Sequence record: MH791404.1
Length of the DNA stretch: 64,000 nucleotides
Reading direction: 5' to 3' (one strand)
How positions within the stretch are numbered: the first letter of the stretch is position 1; every line of letters begins with the position of its first letter. Made by a program: the position numbers and the translations under genes. Under the pieces are notes generated by a model. That model was not told where the DNA came from. It searched no databases and saw only the letters and a program-made list of their open reading frames with translations. Of this stretch, positions 55,908 through 64,000 are shown piece after piece.

Positions 55908-56768
55908 ACGGAATATCTAGTTTTCCGTTATGAAGATAACCATCAATTGTTACAATNTCGTAAACTTTGTTCTTTTCATCAAGTACATAGTCCAGATCGA
56001 CACACTTCTCGTCAAACACCAACACAGGGTTGTTGAGTGGGTGTGGTTCTCGTTTCAAAAACTCTTCACATGCAGCAAATTGATTTTCGTAAATGTGAAC
56101 GTTGTTCATAACATGGGTAACCTTCCCAACCTTATGACCAGTAATCTTAGCCATCAGTTCTAGGAAAAACCATGCTTGGAGCATATTGGCGGGGCCACCT
56201 AGAAGGATGTCAGTGCTACGTTGATACGACGTGAGATGAAGGGTATCACCGATAAGCTGGAACTGGTGCATCATCATACAAGGACGCAAACAACCTTCTT
56301 CGAACCGAGAAGGATCCCAAAAGGTAATGATCTCACCGCGATTATCAATACCAGCTTTTAGATCTTCATACACATCCCAAAGTAGGTCGTATTCCCCGCC
56401 CATGTTACCAAAGTCGCGAGCGATTGCACCATATACATTACCCATATCATCCTCACCCAGTCGGTTTGGATTGGCTAACCATGCTTTGGTCTCATTTGCG
56501 TTGGCATCCCATGTACGAGTACCAAGATCCCGAAATTGCTTTGCGCTAGTATATCCTCGCAGATACCCCACAAACTCAGCGATAAACATCTTGAAGAAAA
56601 CGTGTTTATGAGAAATCATCGGGCATCGGTCATAAACCATAACATGAGTTGGAATAGTTCGACAAACATATCCAGTACGAGAGTTAAAGATATCAACACC
56701 AGAGTTAAATATGTAATCGACTAAGTTGTAATAATCAGTTTCATACTGACCATGGGGAGTAATGTCAT
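55897..56768 (-). CDS. td: thymidylate synthase; apparent 1-nt frameshift near 5' end
   Basis: LRPC, YQRSTD.LLG..AN, HIYENQ; N-terminal NSRTG lies upstream of the ORF-track start and needs a shift at 56754-56757. Confidence 0.9.
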
Positions 56769-57058
56769 TGCATCAAGATCCCGCCGGTAGATTTGCTATA
56801 ACCCCCAAGAGCCTCAGTAGAACTCTTAACGTTTTCCATCTGCTCATAGAAAGACGTCATAGCAAGCTGCATTTCGGTAAATCCGGCGCGGAGTTCCGTA
56901 TTTGATTCAACTAGACTTTGAATTGTCGCTTCATGTGTCTTGATTGTTTCTCGCTGGTGTTCCAACTGTTTAACCATTGCGTCGATCATAAAATTCTGCA
57001 CAAAAATGGATTCTTCAACAGTAGGATTTTCTTTTTCAATTAGTTCATTGATATTCAT
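56765..57058 (-). CDS. coiled-coil hypothetical protein
   Basis: Heptad-rich. Confidence 0.75.
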   Translation of the reverse strand: MNINELIEKENPTVEESIFVQNFMIDAMVKQLEHQRETIKTHEATIQSLVESNTELRAGFTEMQLAMTSFYEQMENVKSSTEALGGYSKSTGGILMQ

Positions 57059-57600
57059 TTACTTTCCTTTTTGAATTTTTTGAAATGAGTATATACAACA
57101 CTCAGCCCCTCTTTAGTGGTAAGTACCTGACTATCCATGATACACATACTGCTTGAGATTTCCTTGACCAACCCCATATCGAGGTTTACGTCACAGAATT
57201 GCTTAGATGGCATTGTAGCGCAGGATATAACGGTTACATGAGCTTCGTCAACCATTCCAGAAGACATGAAATGATAAAGCATACTCGGACCACCAATAAC
57301 ACAAAAATCAGTTTCTGGGTTATCTTCAATCATCTGATTGATCAACCCCATATCATCAGAGATGACATCCGGACCCTCACCACTCTTAGTGACTGAATCA
57401 GGATTAGATGATAACACAATATGCATACGATCTTTAAGTTTACTTGGGAGAGATTCAAACGTCCCTCGACCCATAATCAGAACTTTTTTGGAAGTTACGT
57501 CTTTGAATTTCTGCATATCTTCTCGGATATGGGGCCAAGGCATAGTACCACAATGTCCGAATTGCCCTTGTTCACCAACCGCAAAAACTAAACTAATCAT
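57055..57600 (-). CDS. frd: dihydrofolate reductase
   Basis: G..G.MPW...EDM..FK..T...IMGRGTFESLP..L..R, VIGG. Confidence 0.95.
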   Translation of the reverse strand: MISLVFAVGEQGQFGHCGTMPWPHIREDMQKFKDVTSKKVLIMGRGTFESLPSKLKDRMHIVLSSNPDSVTKSGEGPDVISDDMGLINQMIEDNPETDFCVIGGPSMLYHFMSSGMVDEAHVTVISCATMPSKQFCDVNLDMGLVKEISSSMCIMDSQVLTTKEGLSVVYTHFKKFKKESK

Positions 57601-57610
57601 CTTTTACCTC

Positions 57611-57796
57611 TTAATAAGTACATTCATAACAAGAAAATTCGTACTTACTTTCTTGTTTTTCATTAGGATTTTTGATCTTAACCCGGATACCACAAAGACA
57701 ATTATCCTCCCATGGTAAGCATCGATGTTTCTTATTATCGACACCCACACAACGAATCAAATTCTCTCGGATCTCTTGCTTTGTCATATTTCTCAT
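57611..57796 (-). CDS. small Cys-rich protein
   Basis: H.C...CLC...CYEC. Confidence 0.65.
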   Translation of the reverse strand: MRNMTKQEIRENLIRCVGVDNKKHRCLPWEDNCLCGIRVKIKNPNEKQESKYEFSCYECTY

Positions 57797-58068
57797 GGTT
57801 GAAGACTCATATCCATTTTAGTTACGTCAAATAGATAAATACTTGGATGGGTCGAGCAGTAGTCATCACATTTAAACCCAAAATACATACTATCCCGATA
57901 AACGTCTTTAACAACGATTTCCATGGAGTAAACAATATCACCTTTCTTATACACCAACAAAGAATAACCATCGGATTGGAAGACCCTCCATGGATATGAT
58001 GTATAATCGTGGTCATATCGAACGTTAGTCAAGATACGTTTATCTGCATAAATATAATTCAGTTCCAT
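57793..58068 (-). CDS. hypothetical protein
   Basis: GGGG SD before MELNY. Confidence 0.65.
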   Translation of the reverse strand: MELNYIYADKRILTNVRYDHDYTSYPWRVFQSDGYSLLVYKKGDIVYSMEIVVKDVYRDSMYFGFKCDDYCSTHPSIYLFDVTKMDMSLQP

Positions 58069-58227
58069 TTTAAACCCCCAGAAGGTTAAGAAGAGTGTAT
58101 TCAGATTTCCCTTTTGCAAAATGACAGAAAGAATGAAAATCCTCCTTGGTATATCGACCTTTCCGAACATACATTTTAAAGGTACGATTCAAAATCTTTT
58201 CTCGATCTGATTGATGACCTAGCTTTT

Positions 58228-58467
58228 TCATTCTACTTCCTCCAAACACTCTTCTACCATTTTGAAATATTCTTCTTTGTTGTATCCACCCGGAACATCA
58301 AACAAAAGGAAACCGTCGTATATGTCACCATCTTGGTCTTTACTGATACCAAATGCTTTTACACCAAGCCAACCAACGTGATACACTTCGATGACGTCAC
58401 CAACACCAACGATATGTCTCTCACTAACTGGTGTTGTGATCCGATACTTTTTACCTAATTCAATCAT
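58228..58467 (-). CDS. hypothetical protein, related to N-terminus of 21795-22352
   Basis: ELGKKY.I...V.V.GDVIE. Confidence 0.7.
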   Translation of the reverse strand: MIELGKKYRITTPVSERHIVGVGDVIEVYHVGWLGVKAFGISKDQDGDIYDGFLLFDVPGGYNKEEYFKMVEECLEEVE

Positions 58468-58469
58468 AG

Positions 58470-58691
58470 TTATACCCTCACCAAGAATTGTTTTTCATAG
58501 TCGGTGATGAAGAAATCTTGTCCACCTTTACTAACCCAAAATCCACCCAAATCTTTATATGCTGGTTCGTCATGAACACGGAAAGGGTCTAGACCAACAA
58601 TACCAGCAAGCAGTAGGTTGTGTTGATCTGTACACGGCATTTCAGAAACAAATTGGTTCATAGCTTCTTCTGATTTGAACTTATACATCAT
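58470..58691 (-). CDS. MKIRFK-family protein
   Basis: YKFKSEEAMNQF...HN..LA...G..PF.V...FI...EKQF. Confidence 0.7.
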   Translation of the reverse strand: MMYKFKSEEAMNQFVSEMPCTDQHNLLLAGIVGLDPFRVHDEPAYKDLGGFWVSKGGQDFFITDYEKQFLVRV

Positions 58692-58837
58692 GATCTTAAT
58701 CCTCATAAGATTTGCGAATACCAACAGAAACTTTTTCTTTTACACCATAAGAACCGTCATTCATTTGAGTTTTGATTAACATGACAGCCTCCTTCTTGTT
58801 TCTTCATGGGCTATATTACAAAAGTCGGGACGTGAAA

Positions 58838-59818
58838 TCAACCAATTTTTGAAAATAAATCCAGTACAGCAGATGTTTTTGCTTTCGCTTCAACTTCTAG
58901 ACAACCCAAACCAGACAGGATTTTAGCTTGTTGGATGACCATAGGATCATCAATATAATCGCTATGTGCGCGGGATACTTTGTCTACTTCACGGCTTTGT
59001 GAAACGTGGAAAAACGGTTTTTGGTTTCTCCAAGTGGAAAGGATTCGTTCAAACGTAGATGAATCAACATCCAAAAATTCACCGGTCATAACAAGATGGT
59101 GATGACAGTCATACAACATTTTTATACCATATTTTTCACAAATAAGCAACGTATTTTGAGTGTCCCCCGTGAAGATCTTACCGTTTTTATCGCTATTCTC
59201 AAATGAGAGCCAAGGAATAAGATCCGAATATTGACCATTATCAAGTTCTGGGAGATGATCTAAGTTGCCTTCAAGATGAATATTAATACAAGATTTATCT
59301 GATGTAGTCAACCGTTCCATAAAATATTTGTGATACATGAGGGTAGCAAAAGATTGATTTCTGGTATCTTCACCGACAGAATTGATGATAACAAACTGGT
59401 CCGGGTGAGTAGATATCACGATACCGTTTGAATCTATTACTTTTTTGCAACGATTTAGCAACATGTCCACAGCGGATAACATATCCACATCGTAAAGAGA
59501 CCCTAACACTGGGTGGTCAAACAACGGAAGTAGATCTGAACTAATCCGCAGAGCATGACATTCAGTTGGCATACCAGACACAAAAACCAGTTGGTTGTAC
59601 AAAGCATTTAGATTTTGTTTAACTTTAGGCATCAGCTTTGCCTTTAGTTTAATAGAATTTTTAGATACCACATCCAATGTAAGGAGTGACGGGTCGTCAA
59701 TCCCACATATCTGCATCATACTTTTTCTGGTAACCGTACCCATTTTTGTATCTTTATGAGCGGTAAAAGTTGATTTAGACTTATCGAAAATACCAGTCAT
59801 ACATACAGTACCAAGCAT
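58838..59818 (-). CDS. uvsE: UV-damage endonuclease (UvsE/UvdE TIM-barrel)
   Basis: RISSDLLP, STHPDQF, NIH, FEN.D, YDCHHH, FHVSQ, HSDYI, VEAKAK. Confidence 0.9.
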   Translation of the reverse strand: MLGTVCMTGIFDKSKSTFTAHKDTKMGTVTRKSMMQICGIDDPSLLTLDVVSKNSIKLKAKLMPKVKQNLNALYNQLVFVSGMPTECHALRISSDLLPLFDHPVLGSLYDVDMLSAVDMLLNRCKKVIDSNGIVISTHPDQFVIINSVGEDTRNQSFATLMYHKYFMERLTTSDKSCINIHLEGNLDHLPELDNGQYSDLIPWLSFENSDKNGKIFTGDTQNTLLICEKYGIKMLYDCHHHLVMTGEFLDVDSSTFERILSTWRNQKPFFHVSQSREVDKVSRAHSDYIDDPMVIQQAKILSGLGCLEVEAKAKTSAVLDLFSKIG

Positions 59819-59849
59819 TTAAAAATCCCCTACAACATTATGTGGGTGT

Positions 59850-59887
59850 ATAATAACAAAAAGGGCTGACACAAGTCAACCCCTTTT
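59850..59887 (-). promoter_or_regulatory. terminator/promoter composite upstream of uvsE
   Basis: GGGUUGAC-UUGU-GUCAGCCC-UUUUU containing TTGACT-18-TATTAT. Confidence 0.7.
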
Positions 59888-59890
59888 CAT

Positions 59891-60175
59891 TTAAAATTCC
59901 AGAGTATCGAAATCTTTATCCATCAGATGAAGAACAATCTTTTTGAACTTCGCTTTTGTCTTTGAGTTAATGGGAATAGAACCCAAAAATTCCCAGTAAG
60001 AACCAGTAAATTCAAAAATCTGCAAATCGTCCCCGTCTATCTCAGTCGCCAGATAACCGAGGTTTGGACCACCCAGACATTCAAACAACCCAGTGCAAGT
60101 ACTATCACCCCAACTCAGGGTATCTTCAAACAGTGAATTAAATTTTGCAGTTTGTTCTTTATTCATCTTAGCCAT
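59891..60175 (-). CDS. hypothetical protein
   Basis: AAGGT SD. Confidence 0.75.
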   Translation of the reverse strand: MAKMNKEQTAKFNSLFEDTLSWGDSTCTGLFECLGGPNLGYLATEIDGDDLQIFEFTGSYWEFLGSIPINSKTKAKFKKIVLHLMDKDFDTLEF

Positions 60176-60207
60176 TATATTAACCTTTTTAGTTTAGTTG
60201 TGTTGGG

Positions 60208-60236
60208 GTTGCAATACGCAACCCCTTTCTATTTTT
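60208..60236 (+). terminator. hairpin at Nampt 3' end with U-tract on the plus strand
   Basis: GGGGUUGC-AAUAC-GCAACCCC-UUUCUAUUUUU. Confidence 0.55.
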
Positions 60237-61761
60237 ACAGACCAGCCAGCGCACGAGCTTGGATGTCTTTCCAGATTTGGAAGTTAACAATCTTACCGTC
60301 ACGGAAAGCAAGTTTCAATTCGCCTTGGTTGAACTCATCAGCGGTTTGGTTCTCGAAAAGAACATAATCACCATCAACCTTCTCAACCCGCAGACGACCC
60401 CGAGCGGACTTCTTACTGTTCAACGCAGTTTTCGGGTTCTTCTGCATGGAGATATCAATTCCATCAACGATGGAGTGAGTACCCTTGATTGCAATAGAGA
60501 AGCTATCGCGAGAAGCATTCTTGAGGAAACCCCAACTACCAGTACCCATCAGTACGTTGGAAACACACCAGCCAGCAGCAGCCATACCAGCATAGATCTT
60601 TTCTTGCAGTTCACCGTCAATCGCTTCACCGTAGATGATACCAACTTTCGGATTCAGAACACGGAAACCCTTCTCGTTCACAGTACCACCAAAAATATCC
60701 CACAGGATTTGCAGAGACCCTTTACGTTCGTTCTCATCTTCTGCTTCCGGGTCACCCATGATCACCTCGTAAGGAGTCTTGGGGGAACTGTCTGGGCGAA
60801 CTACAAACTTACACAGACCGTTTGAATCCGGTTGACGGGCTTCGATTTCGTCTTTCAGTGCCAGAAGGTCAACCGACAACAGACGATAATAATCTTCACT
60901 ATCCGCAACGTAACTCAGGATCCCGGTCGGATAAGTTTCTGTGAACAGACGGCGGAGGCTTTCACGTTCTGCATGTTCAAAACCAAGACCACGGAAGTAA
61001 GCGATACGTTGGGTTGCGGTAGCATGTTCGAAGGCGTTAACAGAACAACCAATCAGTTCCTCGTCGCTATTAGCACCGTAATAGTCTTCGATGTAATCGA
61101 TAGCCCAACCGGTGTCAGTACCAGCACTGAACAGAAGTTGACCCATACCAGAGATGGTAGCATCCTCAATACCACGATGACCCCGAGCGGCGAAACAGTG
61201 GTTAGCAATCAGAGTCCAGAAGTCGTCTGCACCAGTCATCGGAGCCCACTTATTGGAGGTCTTGCGGTATTGAGCAGATACCATAGCGGAGTTGCTCATA
61301 GGCCATACCATCGCACTCAGGAAGGTTTCGAGGTAGTTAACCAACCAGAAGAACTCTTTCTTGGTGTTACTCACTACGAAAGCAGGGATACCCATGTTAA
61401 TCCAGTTACCCTCTTCGATTGCTCGCACTTCAATCGGCAGATAACCAAGGTCATGAAGGTCGCTGAGGGCTTTAATCATGGAATCGCCGTGGTCTTTACC
61501 GATGGAGTTCTTGACACGACGAGAGAACCGCTTAACTACTTTCTCTTTAGACTTGCTAAAGAAGTTCTGATCCCATTGCTCCACCATGTATTGCAGGGTG
61601 TATTGCAGACCGAAGAATACCATCTTACCGTTGCCGTGAATGGTGTTAGCCAGACGGTCAGAACGAGGGGTTAGGTTGGAGATTACAAGTTCAGTACCGT
61701 TGATGTATTGATCGATGTGACCCCATTTGTAGAAGTCTACGGACATATGCGGATATTTCAT
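60235..61761 (-). CDS. nadV: nicotinamide phosphoribosyltransferase-like protein (NARP1 Namat candidate)
   Basis: DFYK.GH, TPRS, FAARG, AFEHA, S.VADS, VVRPDS, IIYGEA, GSWG, RDSFS.AIK, KKSARG. Confidence 0.9.
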   Translation of the reverse strand: MKYPHMSVDFYKWGHIDQYINGTELVISNLTPRSDRLANTIHGNGKMVFFGLQYTLQYMVEQWDQNFFSKSKEKVVKRFSRRVKNSIGKDHGDSMIKALSDLHDLGYLPIEVRAIEEGNWINMGIPAFVVSNTKKEFFWLVNYLETFLSAMVWPMSNSAMVSAQYRKTSNKWAPMTGADDFWTLIANHCFAARGHRGIEDATISGMGQLLFSAGTDTGWAIDYIEDYYGANSDEELIGCSVNAFEHATATQRIAYFRGLGFEHAERESLRRLFTETYPTGILSYVADSEDYYRLLSVDLLALKDEIEARQPDSNGLCKFVVRPDSSPKTPYEVIMGDPEAEDENERKGSLQILWDIFGGTVNEKGFRVLNPKVGIIYGEAIDGELQEKIYAGMAAAGWCVSNVLMGTGSWGFLKNASRDSFSIAIKGTHSIVDGIDISMQKNPKTALNSKKSARGRLRVEKVDGDYVLFENQTADEFNQGELKLAFRDGKIVNFQIWKDIQARALAGL

Positions 61762-61777
61762 TTTCTCATTTTCCTTA

Positions 61778-62320
61778 TTACATAATTTGGGTAAAGTATT
61801 TTTCTAACGTATCTTTTCTCATAGAATACGTTGTTTCTGTTTTAACATCAACAAAATTTACAGAGCCATCATCACAAATTTTACAAACCTGACCATCCAT
61901 AACGAAATTATCAATCGCAGTAAGCCAACCAATATTTCGGTGGTCTCTCATAAATTCGACACGATGTCTATCTGATTTGTAATATATCGAGGTCGTATTA
62001 GGTTTAAAAGCAAATTTTTTGCGGTATTCACTGATGATTTTTGGAATATCTTCAAATCCTATCATTCTGGTGAATTTACTAACATGTTCTTCTTCGAACT
62101 GTTGAATATACTCTACCACACTATCGAAGGAAAACAAAACGATTTTTTCTGACGAATAGCGATTTTTGATGAAAACAAAAATGCCATTGATATGATCTAC
62201 TACATAATTACTAGACATAGTGAACCGGTCCAGCCGACAACGGAGGTCCGCATAATCAGAAACATCCCCGTCTGCGTTTTCTACAACATAAGGAACATTA
62301 CCAATAAAATAAATTCTCAT
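61778..62320 (-). CDS. hypothetical protein
   Basis: ORF tiles run. Confidence 0.75.
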   Translation of the reverse strand: MRIYFIGNVPYVVENADGDVSDYADLRCRLDRFTMSSNYVVDHINGIFVFIKNRYSSEKIVLFSFDSVVEYIQQFEEEHVSKFTRMIGFEDIPKIISEYRKKFAFKPNTTSIYYKSDRHRVEFMRDHRNIGWLTAIDNFVMDGQVCKICDDGSVNFVDVKTETTYSMRKDTLEKYFTQIM

Positions 62321-62508
62321 AACACCAACCTTGTTCGTTGAATAACCAGATCACCACCTTCCTTAAACTCTAAGTTTACAAGAATGCAATCACCTTCATC
62401 TTTGTAAGAATGTACCACCAGATCGGATAGATTATATCCAATATTTTCGAGAGCAAGGTCGATTATTTTTGTCATAACCCGACCGGGGGTTTGCCATTTT
62501 CCAGTCAT
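62317..62508 (-). CDS. hypothetical protein
   Basis: ORF tiles run. Confidence 0.7.
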   Translation of the reverse strand: MTGKWQTPGRVMTKIIDLALENIGYNLSDLVVHSYKDEGDCILVNLEFKEGGDLVIQRTRLVL

Positions 62509-62744
62509 ACAGTTTTAACCCACAAATGTTGATTGTCTCGAACAAAACCATAAATTTTTTGTTCTACAGGAGACAAAGATAGACATCTTTCCATTTCTTC
62601 ATCTGACCACATAAGTTCCATGTCAACGTTAATACCACGGATTACAATTTTGTGGATATCGATATAAGTTTTCTTTGTCCGTTTGTGTTCGTTCATAATA
62701 TGTGCAAAAGCATCACATAGATATTTCATATCAATAGATGTCAT
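62505..62744 (-). CDS. hypothetical protein
   Basis: ORF tiles run. Confidence 0.7.
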   Translation of the reverse strand: MTSIDMKYLCDAFAHIMNEHKRTKKTYIDIHKIVIRGINVDMELMWSDEEMERCLSLSPVEQKIYGFVRDNQHLWVKTV

Positions 62745-62745
62745 A

Positions 62746-62931
62746 TTATTTCTCCTTATTAGGTATGTGGATCATAACACGGGACCTACAATTTGGGCAA
62801 GAGTAAGTTTTCTTTTTTAATGAGTCATTATAGACCCACTTTGCAGTTACCATACTATATTCATGACGACAACCATAGCAAATAAACTTGGTATCTCCCC
62901 AATGTTCCTTATACCATTTGTCATCCATCAA
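62746..62931 (-). CDS. Zn-ribbon protein
   Basis: CYGC...CPNC. Confidence 0.75.
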   Translation of the reverse strand: MMDDKWYKEHWGDTKFICYGCRHEYSMVTAKWVYNDSLKKKTYSCPNCRSRVMIHIPNKEK

Positions 62932-63353
62932 AATTTGTTCCCATCACAGTCAATACGAAGAGATTCACTTTTTCCGAACTTTCGTTCTCCGCAAATAAAC
63001 CCAGCCCGTTTAGCTCGACAACTACCGAGGCTCTGTTTATGAATGATACGTCCAATGAATTCATCCATATGATCATGGTTTACCAGTTTAGAGAAAACTA
63101 CTGTCAAAACTTTACCATCTTTAAGATCATACTCGACGAATTTATGGTCACCGATAGTATCACGACCAGTATCAATGATTTCGATATCATTTTCTTCCGA
63201 ACGGAACCAGTCATGATATCGGTCAAACATCCGGATCCGGTATACCTTTTTCACTTCGTCCATTGGAATTTCACCAATAATCTTGATGGTGATGGGTTGA
63301 TATGATTCGTGACAGTCTTCTTTCTTCAATACATATGTAATTGAATTAATCAT
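62928..63353 (-). CDS. hypothetical protein
   Basis: ORF tiles run. Confidence 0.75.
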   Translation of the reverse strand: MINSITYVLKKEDCHESYQPITIKIIGEIPMDEVKKVYRIRMFDRYHDWFRSEENDIEIIDTGRDTIGDHKFVEYDLKDGKVLTVVFSKLVNHDHMDEFIGRIIHKQSLGSCRAKRAGFICGERKFGKSESLRIDCDGNKF

Positions 63354-63529
63354 TTCTTTTCTCCAAAACAGAGAGTACCGATAGCCAGATTATGAACAAG
63401 ATTCTTGATTCCTTCTTCGTTCATCCCATTCGCCTTTTCTCGCATCAACATTTCCTGAACAGATTGGTTAGCCAGAAGTTCATCCATACGGGAGTTAATG
63501 ATTTGGGTCATAGTTTCGATACTCATCAT
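63350..63529 (-). CDS. hypothetical protein
   Basis: TAAGGA SD before MMSIET. Confidence 0.7.
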   Translation of the reverse strand: MMSIETMTQIINSRMDELLANQSVQEMLMREKANGMNEEGIKNLVHNLAIGTLCFGEKK

Positions 63530-63539
63530 GTTTAGTTCC

Positions 63540-64000
63540 TTATTTTGTCCAGTCGAAACGAGTATATACGTTGTCGATGTACTGTGCAAGGTTTTCTTTG
63601 GCGTTGTAAGAAAAAATTCCATGGGTAACAAACAGGTCCACTCGAACCGCACCAGACTCTTTCAATACTTTACCAAGATTTAGGAAAGAACGACCACCAT
63701 CACAAATATCGTCTACGATCAACAACCGCTTACCTTTGACGTCAGCATTGAAACGAGGTTCGCTAACTTCACCAGTGTTGATGTCACGAGTCTTCATGGC
63801 TTCAATTACAGGTAGTCCCGCACTTTGAGCTTGAGGATAAATCTTTTTCAGAGCACCTGCATCTGGGGATACAATAGCATCATAATTACGACGGGAAATC
63901 CCTTGAGAACCCCAACAACACTGTTTGTTAACAAATACGTTATTGATCAATGCGGTTGCTACATCGGAATGTGGATCGGTGAGACAAACCAAATCATATT
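63540..64000 (-). CDS. prs: ribose-phosphate pyrophosphokinase-like protein (NARP1 Adps candidate), 5' part outside window
   Basis: DPHS, VSPDAGA, K.R, LIVDDICDGGRSF, THGIFS; frame open to the edge. Confidence 0.9.
   Translation of the reverse strand, partial: YDLVCLTDPHSDVATALINNVFVNKQCCWGSQGISRRNYDAIVSPDAGALKKIYPQAQSAGLPVIEAMKTRDINTGEVSEPRFNADVKGKRLLIVDDICDGGRSFLNLGKVLKESGAVRVDLFVTHGIFSYNAKENLAQYIDNVYTRFDWTK

Noticed and set aside
55897-56640. Group I intron in td as in T4
   Set aside because: Catalytic motifs are contiguous; no insertion
60259-61674. Long plus-strand ORFs (188 and 280 aa) opposite Nampt
   Set aside because: Antisense shadows of a codon-biased gene; no SD or motifs; all real genes are on the minus strand
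1-64000. CRISPR array, tRNA or rRNA genes
   Set aside because: No regularly spaced repeat-spacer series and no T-loop/anticodon cloverleaf patterns seen by eye; masked gaps cannot be assessed

Overview
Fragment of a large, AT-rich T4-related myovirus (Straboviridae-like). The basis is T4-type rnlA, denA, td, frd and e.6 homologues in T4 order. The host cannot be read from the sequence; an Aeromonas-type phage is only a guess. About 160 genes, all on the minus strand. 1-34 kb is a hyperplastic early region of small ORFs, several paralogous families, about 20 sigma70-type early promoters (many fused to hairpins or terminators) and 44-48 bp duplicated promoter/leader repeats. 34-47 kb holds putative capsid-targeted internal proteins, a circularly permuted N6A/N4C methyltransferase, e.6, a 2OG-Fe(II) oxygenase, an Acb4-like protein and a Pol-beta-type nucleotidyltransferase preceded by two small proteins ending in W-x-S-S-(S)-x-C. 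That last module is my best candidate for an undescribed system. 49-64 kb holds rnlA, denA, a HAD protein, td, frd, a UvsE-type UV endonuclease and a Nampt-like plus PRPP-synthetase-like pair (NARP1-type NAD+ reconstitution). Caveats: many N runs and several single-base homopolymer indels indicate a draft or consensus assembly, so frameshifts and fusions need read-level checking. All family assignments come from motifs recognised by eye and from memory, not from database searches. No tRNA, rRNA or CRISPR array was seen.
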